From Candidatus Zhuqueibacterota bacterium (GTDB lineage Bacteria > Zhuqueibacterota > Zhuqueibacteria > Residuimicrobiales > Krinioviventaceae), in assembly GCA_016928775.1 (NCBI GenBank), contig JAFGKD010000069.1, positions 70,658-134,657 on the forward strand: a stretch of 64,000 nucleotides of DNA, given 5' to 3'. The position numbers and the translations under genes were made by a program. Under the pieces are notes generated by a model. The model had not been told where the DNA came from. It saw nothing but the letters and a program-made list of their open reading frames with translations, and did not search any database. Of the stretch, positions 10,283 to 19,700 are shown one piece after another (within the stretch, counting starts at the first letter, position 1; the number at the start of each line of letters is the position of its first letter).

Positions 10283-12094
10283 TTAAAACACCCACCGTAA
10301 ACCAACATCAATATTATTTATATAGTATTCATTTTGCCCTGTCACGCTCACCTTCAGACGCGTCGCCTCAACGTAAACGCGAAGATTTGTCCTGGGTGTA
10401 AAATGGCATTTCAAAATCGGCCCATGACTCATATATGTGCCGGCTTTTTCCCGATTTTGCGTACCGGCGATTGCGGCGGCATTATACCGCCACTCGTCGC
10501 GTTTGTAGATAGAGTACCCGGGAGTAAGAAAAAAATGTCCCTTGATTTGATATCTCCAGAAGAAATGAAACCATTGTTTTGTTCGATTGGCAATGAGATT
10601 TTGCGACCAGCGCTCCCAATAGAGTTGACCATTCTCTTCCAATTGCAGGCGATAATCAAACAACAGAGTTGTGCGCGGCAGCACATTCCACTCCAGACTA
10701 TCGGTCATGGCAAATTTTCGAAAGATAAAACTACGGGTTTGCAGATTAGGGTCTTCAAAATCATAATCAACATAATTGGCAAGCACTTCGAACGACTGAA
10801 GCAAGGAAAAAGTTTCAACAGGCTTGTACTCAATCGAGGGTCGGAGCAAAAATATTCGATTCCAATTGTTGTCAGCGCTTCGTTCACCAAAAATATAGAC
10901 CATATGATAGAGATTTACACTCATCAGCAGTTCCAAACGTAGATCAGCACCAAATCTGTGAGAAAAAGCGGTGCGCATATTTATACGCAGTTCATCGCGA
11001 TCATCAAAATTGGTCGTGTCCGGCGTATCATACTGATATTTGCTCACTGAAAAATAAGCTGCCAGAGAATCGCGCGACGACAGGTGGCTTTCAATATTCG
11101 CAATGGTCATCAGACGTGAACTCGAATTATCCGGTGTGATAAAGGCGGTGCGTTCAGAAAAGGGCTTGCCATTTACGCTAATAGCGTAACGTTGTTCCTG
11201 GATGACATGGGAAAAGCTCAAATTACCACGCATTTTTTTGCGTTTCAAAATAAAAATCACATCATTGGATAATCTTTGGTCGTTGCGATTCCGACGACGA
11301 TCTTCTGATGCTTCACCGTATTGCAAAAGCTCGACATTTTTAAACTCCAGAAACGATTTGATATTCAGATCCAAGCCATCGTTTACATTGTAAAAAAGCG
11401 CATTACGGAAACCTTTCACATCTTCGCGCTGGCTTTCGATATCACCTTGAATGGAGACGTAATTGTCGCGCCGTCGTTTGGTAAAATAGATATCGAGGGA
11501 ATCAGCCGCGCGGGGCGTGAATCGGGTGCTTACACGGTAGGTCGCGTAAATATTTGAATTGATGCGTCGATCATAGCGGTCTTGCCCAACGAGCAATTCA
11601 AAACCATTGTCATATCCCGCCCAGTCAAATTGGCCACCGCGCAGGGTTAAATCATAGCAGAATCCACGATCATTTTGATAATATCGAGAATCCCATTTTG
11701 GTCCAATTTTGACGGAGCTTTCCAATGTGGGCAGTGGTCGATAGAGCACACCTATTGTTCCAGAGTGACTTTTCACATCGTTATTAAAGCCGGACTGTTT
11801 GTCAATAAAAAGGATGGATTGTATCTGTGTCTGAAAAGTGAGTGAAGGAAGTAAAAGGTAACCAAGTCGGAGCCCGAGCTCCTGGTCATCTTTCCAACGA
11901 TCGCCCTCGGAGGCGATGCGCAGCATGGACGTTCGGAAATTCTCAAGAAAAGAAAAATGCCATCTCTTGGATATCTGTTGATCGATTCCGATATTGGCGT
12001 TCCACAAATAAGTATTAAATTCCTGGCGAAAACCGATGCCAACATTATTCGTCCCCACGTATGCACTCTCCTTGTTCTCTTGTGCATAAAGCAA
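10283..12094 (-). CDS. Uncharacterised outer-membrane beta-barrel protein (about 600 aa)
   Basis: Alternating amphipathic strands rich in Y/R/D/N, and a C-terminal RWVF (terminal aromatic). The true start is probably upstream of 12094 (see finding). Confidence 0.6.
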   Translation of the reverse strand: MLYAQENKESAYVGTNNVGIGFRQEFNTYLWNANIGIDQQISKRWHFSFLENFRTSMLRIASEGDRWKDDQELGLRLGYLLLPSLTFQTQIQSILFIDKQSGFNNDVKSHSGTIGVLYRPLPTLESSVKIGPKWDSRYYQNDRGFCYDLTLRGGQFDWAGYDNGFELLVGQDRYDRRINSNIYATYRVSTRFTPRAADSLDIYFTKRRRDNYVSIQGDIESQREDVKGFRNALFYNVNDGLDLNIKSFLEFKNVELLQYGEASEDRRRNRNDQRLSNDVIFILKRKKMRGNLSFSHVIQEQRYAISVNGKPFSERTAFITPDNSSSRLMTIANIESHLSSRDSLAAYFSVSKYQYDTPDTTNFDDRDELRINMRTAFSHRFGADLRLELLMSVNLYHMVYIFGERSADNNWNRIFLLRPSIEYKPVETFSLLQSFEVLANYVDYDFEDPNLQTRSFIFRKFAMTDSLEWNVLPRTTLLFDYRLQLEENGQLYWERWSQNLIANRTKQWFHFFWRYQIKGHFFLTPGYSIYKRDEWRYNAAAIAGTQNREKAGTYMSHGPILKCHFTPRTNLRVYVEATRLKVSVTGQNEYYINNIDVGLRWVF

Positions 12095-12175
12095 TTGTGC
12101 AGCAAGAAAAATGAAAAAAAGAGTGTGTTTCAGAAACCGATCGATGTAACGTCCTTTTTTGCAAAAGCAAAAATA

Positions 12176-12856
12176 TTAAATTCCCGATTTATCCTTAGGC
12201 GATGATAGCAGCTCCTCGCTTTTTTCAAAAGGAACAATGGAGCCGCCGGAAATAATGAGCTTGAGTGCTTCCTCCACAGACATGTTGAGTTCAATTACAT
12301 TGACTTTGGGAACAAAAAGTAAAAAACCCGAGGTGGGATTGGGAGTTGTTGGCAAAAAAACACTGTAGCAATCTTCTTTTTGATGATCAAACAGCCGTTG
12401 TTGTATAAGGCCTTTGGTATCCTGGGTGATAAAACCGATGGAATAGAGACCATGGCGGGGATATTCAAATAGAACAGCTCTTTTAAAGGTTTCACTCTTT
12501 TCTGATAAAAAGGCATGGCCAATTTGCTGAAGCGTGCTGTAAATATGACCCACCAAAGGTATTCGACTCAAGATAAAATCGCTCAATTTGACCAATTGGC
12601 GCCCGAGGAAATTGCGAACAGCTATTCCCGTGAGCAGAAGAATGAGCAAAAGCGCCAATAATCCAACGCCGGGAATGGGATGACTGGGCGTTTTTCCTAA
12701 AAAATTGAAAATAAGGTAACTGACTTGTCGGTTTAGGATGCCGTCCAACCAGAAAAAAAGTTTGACAACAACATAAAAGGTGAGCACAACGGGAACGAGA
12801 AAAAGCAGGCCAGCAGCCAAATAGCCCCGAATACCTTTGACAAGTCGCGTTTTCAC
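12176..12856 (-). CDS. DUF502 family membrane protein
   Basis: GLLFLVPVVLTFYVVVKLFFWLDGIL, IPLVGHIYSTLQQI, and TTPNPTSGFLLFVPKVNVIELNMSVEEALKLIISGG are family-typical blocks. Confidence 0.85.
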   Translation of the reverse strand: MKTRLVKGIRGYLAAGLLFLVPVVLTFYVVVKLFFWLDGILNRQVSYLIFNFLGKTPSHPIPGVGLLALLLILLLTGIAVRNFLGRQLVKLSDFILSRIPLVGHIYSTLQQIGHAFLSEKSETFKRAVLFEYPRHGLYSIGFITQDTKGLIQQRLFDHQKEDCYSVFLPTTPNPTSGFLLFVPKVNVIELNMSVEEALKLIISGGSIVPFEKSEELLSSPKDKSGI

Positions 12857-12888
12857 TCTTTTCCCATTGTTACTCTACCTCAAAATGA

Positions 12889-13188
12889 TTATCGGAGTTG
12901 GATAATGACTTCATCCGGTTCCGCATAGCCATGACGAATAGCTTCCTGTTTGATCCGATCAATATCTTTTTGAAGGGCATCAATTTCGCTCTGCAAATAC
13001 TCTAGCTTTTTTCGAGTTCTTAACACACTCGCGCGCAGCTCGATATTTTCTCGCTTGAGGCGATATTGGCGAATAAAGCCGGCTCGTTCAAAAATGAACG
13101 AATACAAGATGAAAACAATCCCGACAATTAGCCACAGCCTGGGTTGTAAAAAAAAATTCCGAATGTCATACCAGGAAAATCGAGACAT
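12889..13188 (-). CDS. ftsB: Septum formation initiator (FtsB/DivIC-like)
   Basis: 99 aa with one N-terminal TM helix followed by a coiled coil. It lies immediately downstream of eno, the classic eno-ftsB synteny. Confidence 0.7.
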   Translation of the reverse strand: MSRFSWYDIRNFFLQPRLWLIVGIVFILYSFIFERAGFIRQYRLKRENIELRASVLRTRKKLEYLQSEIDALQKDIDRIKQEAIRHGYAEPDEVIIQLR

Positions 13189-13237
13189 ACTGGCCCTTCA
13201 CAGGTGCCTCGGGATGCTCATGTGATCCCGAGGGGAT

Positions 13238-14539
<1,302 letters not shown>

Positions 14540-14612
14540 CTAGAATGAAAAGTTAGCAATGATTTCAAGTCTTGAATATAGCACTTTTTTAAGAATTTTG
14601 AAACAGATTTGC

Positions 14613-14635
14613 ATCTGCATGATTGCAGTGCAGAT
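14613..14635 (-). terminator. Hairpin downstream of the 14644..16146 gene (possible terminator)
   Basis: ATCTGCA (14613-14619) is complementary to TGCAGAT (14629-14635), and a nested CTGCA/TGCAG alternative exists. There is no strong U-tract. Confidence 0.3.
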
Positions 14636-14643
14636 AAAAGCTG

Positions 14644-16146
14644 CTACAGCAGCAGCCAGACAATCCAGACAAAAAAAACGCCACTGGCAGCGCAAAATCC
14701 ATTCACCACATCGTTGTTAATCCAGGCCAGGCCACGAACAAACTTTGTCTTTCTGTTTTCGCAATGTACTTTTTTCTCGGTGATTTTTCCGCACACCGGG
14801 CATTGAAATTGCGCCTGAATCGTAGCCCCGAGATAGCTGTCGACCAGACCGGCAAAGACGCCGCTGCACAACACCAAAAGACCTTCTTTCCACCCCAACA
14901 GTCGAGGTGAGGAATGCGGGCTGAATAAAAATCCGACACAAACGATGACCAGGGAACCGGCGGCTGAACCGAGCGTACCGAGCCAGGAGATACCACCCGA
15001 AGTTCCCATAGCCACTGGTTTGAATGTCAATATGGAGCGCGGCGGCTTTTTTGCCAAAACACCAATTTCAGTCGCCCAGGTATCGGCCGTCACAGCGGCC
15101 AGGGAAGCAATATAGAGCACATAAAAAAAGTCTATTTTCGCAAAATACCAAAAAATGAGCATCAAACCAGCAATGCCACCATTTGCCAACACTTGAGCCG
15201 CATCTCGTCGTCCACTCTTTTCAAAAACATTTTGCAATACATTCTTGCGCTTTCCCCCCATTTTGGACAGCAAACTCGAAAAGACAAAAAACGCCAGGAT
15301 TGGCACCGAAAACGTCCATCGTCCAACGCCAAAAATGAGGGTACCGAGCAGAAAAAGTGCAACAGCGCCGCCATCATTCAAAAAGCGCAACCGGAAGGAT
15401 AAAAGTGCGATGACAAGTGCCAGTCCCATGCCGAGGCAAAAAATTAGACCGTCCTGGGTGGATTCTGTCAACAGATAATACATCACAAAAGCCACACCTA
15501 ATGGCACGGTGAGATTATCCGATCCCTGCGCCGAGATGACCTCGGAAGCTGTCGCGATAATGCCAATTACACCTGCGATCCAGAAAATACGCCAAAGCGA
15601 TAAATCATAGTAGCCCAATATGACGGCCACCTGGCATGTTAACATGACGATAAAAAAAGTTGTGAGAAACATGGCGACAGAACCCTGCACAGACTTTTTT
15701 TCCGGTCCAAAATGCAAAAACAGGGGCTTTTGCGCTCTCTCCCCAACAATGGCGGCCATGGCGTCAGAAATTGCCATGATCAGCATAGATGTGACCAGGA
15801 TCAGTTTGTGGTGATTCCACAAGGTCACTGTTAAAATAACGAAAGAAATGGGATAAAAAACAGTTCCGTATGTGTGTCGAGCCGTCCCGTGCATACCAGG
15901 AAAAAGACCACGCCGCACCGCGATAAAATCAATAGCAGTGAACAGGACGCCCAAAAAAACCATTGGCCACATGGAATGGAGTACAAAAGGTGTGGTCGCC
16001 ACGACGATACCGACTACGATATGCACCAACTTTCGAGTCGCCTCCGGAGACCATTTAAAAAGACGCCGAATCAATTCGGAGAGTGTTACAATAACGAGAA
16101 GCAAAATGGCAAACAGGATGAAATAGAACAAATCAGATGGCAACAT
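14644..16146 (-). CDS. Fusion membrane protein: CTP-dependent polyprenol (phytol/dolichol) kinase-like N-half plus DUF92 (TMEM19/VTE6-like) C-half
   Basis: N-half motifs RKLVHIVVG, GTVFYPIS, SDAMAAIVGERAQKP, KKSVQGSVAMF and GSDNLTVPL match the SEC59/VTE5 kinase family. C-half motifs GRRDAAQVLANGG, ADTWATEIG, GTSGGISWLGTLGS and DSYLGATIQ match DUF92. An embedded CPVCGKITEKKVHC looks like a zinc ribbon. Confidence 0.8.
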   Translation of the reverse strand: MLPSDLFYFILFAILLLVIVTLSELIRRLFKWSPEATRKLVHIVVGIVVATTPFVLHSMWPMVFLGVLFTAIDFIAVRRGLFPGMHGTARHTYGTVFYPISFVILTVTLWNHHKLILVTSMLIMAISDAMAAIVGERAQKPLFLHFGPEKKSVQGSVAMFLTTFFIVMLTCQVAVILGYYDLSLWRIFWIAGVIGIIATASEVISAQGSDNLTVPLGVAFVMYYLLTESTQDGLIFCLGMGLALVIALLSFRLRFLNDGGAVALFLLGTLIFGVGRWTFSVPILAFFVFSSLLSKMGGKRKNVLQNVFEKSGRRDAAQVLANGGIAGLMLIFWYFAKIDFFYVLYIASLAAVTADTWATEIGVLAKKPPRSILTFKPVAMGTSGGISWLGTLGSAAGSLVIVCVGFLFSPHSSPRLLGWKEGLLVLCSGVFAGLVDSYLGATIQAQFQCPVCGKITEKKVHCENRKTKFVRGLAWINNDVVNGFCAASGVFFVWIVWLLL

Positions 16147-16382
16147 GTGTCAACCAGATCCAGGAATATTTTTGTTTTTTAAAAGTAATGAAATTTCAGC
16201 CAAAAAAACAACGCTTATTTCAGCTTGCGATGACTGAGGGTAACATCGAAAATTTCCATCCTGTCTCGACTAGATTCAGGCTTAAATGATTTTTCGTCAC
16301 CCTATTTTGTGGTGTCGTTTGTAACAATCCTACATATAGTTGTAATTGAACGTGCTGCATCAATACTTAATATATCCCCAAG

Positions 16383-16404
16383 TTATCCACATTTTTGTGG
16401 ATAA
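16383..16404. promoter_or_regulatory. Inverted pair of perfect DnaA boxes
   Basis: TTATCCACA (16383-16391), tttt, TGTGGATAA (16396-16404). Both match the 9-mer consensus TTATCCACA exactly. Confidence 0.65.
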
Positions 16405-16665
16405 GGTGATTCTTTTAAAAGTCAAGCAAAATTTTATGGATTTGAAATTGACCGCTAAAAAATAAAGACTTAGAAGAGCTTCTTAACATTATGATAATAT
16501 ATGCAAAATAATGGTTCATTTTGATCGCCTGTTTTTATTGACTTTATGCCATCAATTAAGAATATGTTAAATCGTGAAAAATTATCGGGTAAAACGGGCA
16601 AAAATTTATTTCTTTTCCCTTGATAAATATTGAGAGGATTTCAGCTTGAAGAAATAATGAACAAG

Positions 16666-16674
16666 TTATCCACA
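16666..16674 (+). promoter_or_regulatory. Third perfect DnaA box
   Basis: TTATCCACA at 16666-16674, in the same AT-rich non-coding spacer. Confidence 0.6.
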
Positions 16675-16704
16675 TTTCATGCACATGGAGTTCTACGAGG
16701 GAAC

Positions 16705-19700
16705 TCAACGCATCACAATAACTTTGTTGGTCGCTGTTTTTGTGTCATCTGCGGTCTCGGCGATGATATAATAGAGATAGACGCCGTTTGCCAACAGATC
16801 ACCGTCTTGATCGAGACCGTCCCAGTAGATTCGGTTATAGCCCACGTCAACCAGGCCGGGCTCGATCGTTTTGATAAGCCGTCCTGCCACGGTGAACACT
16901 TTGATACGAACAAGCGCTTGTCGCGTCAAATCGAAACAAAACTCGGTACCAGTGGCAAAAGGATTGGGATAGTTCAATACATGACGTAATTCCAGATCAC
17001 TTTCGACCACAAAACTCACTCGTTTTATCACGCTATTCATGCTGGCATCAGAGAACTGAATTTCCAGCAGATGATCACCATCATCCAGGACAGGTTGAAT
17101 GTGCAGCTCACCCAGAACAGTCGTGTCTTGCGGCTGGTGCAATGAAATCACGTCCTGATTGGTTAACAACAGTGCGCTGCCATCAAGATAGATTTTGATG
17201 CGTGTCGAATCCAGTGATAGCTCTGGATTGTTGTCTCGCAATGTCGCGACAATAAGCGGCTCCGGGTCCACCAGATCACCATCAAAAATTTCGCGATCAT
17301 CAAATGTAATTTTTATCTCCGGCTGCAGCGTATCTGCATGAACATAAACAGATGTAATAATCGCGTTGTTGGACTCGGACAGTTCAGCGAAAAGATTGCC
17401 CGGATCAGCGGTGATGGCGATCTGTTTTTCACCAGGTATAGCGCCAACCTGCCATGTATATTGAATGGGGACGTAGCGATCGACAGCAATCGAATCAATC
17501 TCAACTGTGGCTAAATGATTGACACCTCCGGCCTGGTTGACCTGATCAAATGACAAGGTGACGTCTTGTGCTGTTCCCAGGCCAATATTAAAAACATCAA
17601 GATAAAAAGTGACGACCTGCCCAACCAGGACGGTGTCGGCGTTTTGTGTGACCAACTGGCGCCCGATGGTTATATCTGGTGCTGGAGAAAACAGAGCGCC
17701 CCAACTTTGCAGCAATGGCGAATGCCTGGCACGTGCCGTTTGAAAATGGGCATCCAGATGGATGAACGGGAACTCGCTCGCGTCGATGGAAGAGAGATCA
17801 ACCGGCGTCTGCTTGATTCCAGAAAAAAGCCGCACCGTGTCTCCGATGAATTTTTGATAACCCAGGATATTCAGGGTGAAATCGCAGGAATCGGGGATGG
17901 TGACATCCCAGCTAACACTTGACCAGTGAGTTGCCGGACCAATGCGTTCGGACAGCAGACGGCCGCGTTCAAAAAAGCCGGATAACGTATCCTTGAGCAC
18001 AACAGCGCCGTTGGCTTTTGCCGGCTCCCACCCTTCCGGCACGCTGCCCTTTGCGGCGCCCTTTTTACCAATGATCGCCCACATATCGCGGTAGCCTAAA
18101 TTGCGAATCATGCTACTACCAAGCGTCTCCAGCGCCTGAAACGCCTCCTCGGTTAACTGGGCGCTCCCCTCATCTCTTACGGCAGCAAGAACCAGTCGCC
18201 CTTGTGGAATTTTCCCAATAAATTCCACCATTTCACGTGTTTGCTCGGCATTGGCATAGGTGTCAAAATAGCCGCTGTCCAGGACATCACCGTTGTTTGG
18301 ATTCAGAACAGCAATATTAAAACCCCTGTGCGTTTGCATGACGGTTCGATTATTGACCTCAATGACGGCGTAGCCTTGCGAGTTGGTCCAGGCAGATTGC
18401 AAAAGTATGGAAACAGGATTTTCCTCGAGTCTTGTTCCGCTACTCGTCCAGATTGTATTCTGCCGCATGTTATAAGCGGCAGCGACGGAATCGGCTTGTC
18501 GCCAGCCAAAGTTTATGGAGGGGCTGGTATAAAATGCGCCGAGAAATGAATCATCCGCATCATGTCCTTGTAGGTGAACACGCCAATAGTATTTCGCACC
18601 CGGGATCAGCGCATCAGGTTGCCACTTGATGAGCAACGGATGCACCTGAACGGGCGGGGAAACGCGCAATGCCGGACTCGTGAACGTTTTGACCGTATCG
18701 ATTTCAAAAATATATCGAGCCGTCTCGTCAAAAAATTGCTGTGGTGTTTGAATTTTCAGGACGGTCTGATCGACTGGAATGAGGGCATTATTGGGCGGTG
18801 CGACCTGGGCAAAAGTACTTGTCAAAACCGTCACTTGATTCATTTGAACATTATTTGTTTCATCAGTCTCTTTGATCTGATCTTGTGGATCGAGGGTCAC
18901 ACGGAGCTCGACCGGGCCGGCCATATTCTTCAATGGCCAGTCAAAGCTGAGAGAGTCGCTTCGACCAACAGGCGGCAGGACAAACGGTTCTGTTAAAATC
19001 TGTTTGGTCACAAGCTGTTCAATATCGAGGCGACCGACAACGCTATCCCGAGTCGCCAGCCCCCAATTCTGAACATTCACTTTTATTTGTGCCAAAGAAT
19101 CTGCTTCACTCGGCACCAGTGGTGAAACGCGAATATCGTTTGGCTCCAGCGTCAGGTCTGGCTGCGTTGGAAGGCTCAGCGTGATCGCCGGATCACCCAT
19201 CAAATTATACTGCAAGATCAAGTTACGAATGTGCGCGCCATCACCATAGTATTGCCACATGGCAAATTTGGTCAGGGTTATAATGTCACCCAGATAGCGC
19301 ACGGAATCAAGTAGAACCGTGGTATAAAGTCGCCTAAGGTAGAGATAATCTTCATACGAATAGCCCCACCCCGATGTGCCCCAGAAGCTGATGGCACCTT
19401 TATTGGGTACAAGAAGGAATTTTTCGCCAAAGCTCTCCTGATTCGGTTCTGCAAAACGCCCTGTATGGCACGTCATGCTTGAAATAACTGGATAACGACT
19501 CGTATTGGAGAGGTCATCGATATCGGGATTATTGAACATCAATTCCCAGGTGCGGCTTGCGGCATGACCGATAAAGTTCGTCCACAATGTCCCGGCGTTG
19601 ATGGCATCCAGGATGAGTGAGCGCGCGTCGGCTTGTGCTTCCGCATCATCCTTGTTGATGAACAAAGGTGAACCAAACGTTGGCGCGCTGGCAACAAATT

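Noticed and set aside
12095-12178. The DUF502 gene and the barrel gene are in the same frame, separated by one TAA. Possible read-through fusion.
   Set aside because: An inner-membrane DUF502 protein fused to an outer-membrane barrel makes no topological sense. The intervening peptide looks like an independent signal peptide, so I treat it as a start-codon problem instead.
16147-16704. Calling the DnaA-box region the chromosomal origin outright.
   Set aside because: There is no dnaA/dnaN neighbour and no switch in gene orientation across the region, and I cannot compute skew by eye. It stays as a finding with alternatives and is not annotated as oriC.
16630-16989. 119-aa plus-strand ORF spanning the third DnaA box.
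   Set aside because: Most of it is antisense to the T9SS C-terminal domain of the C25 gene. There is no supporting motif, and it starts at a TTG in an AT-rich spacer.
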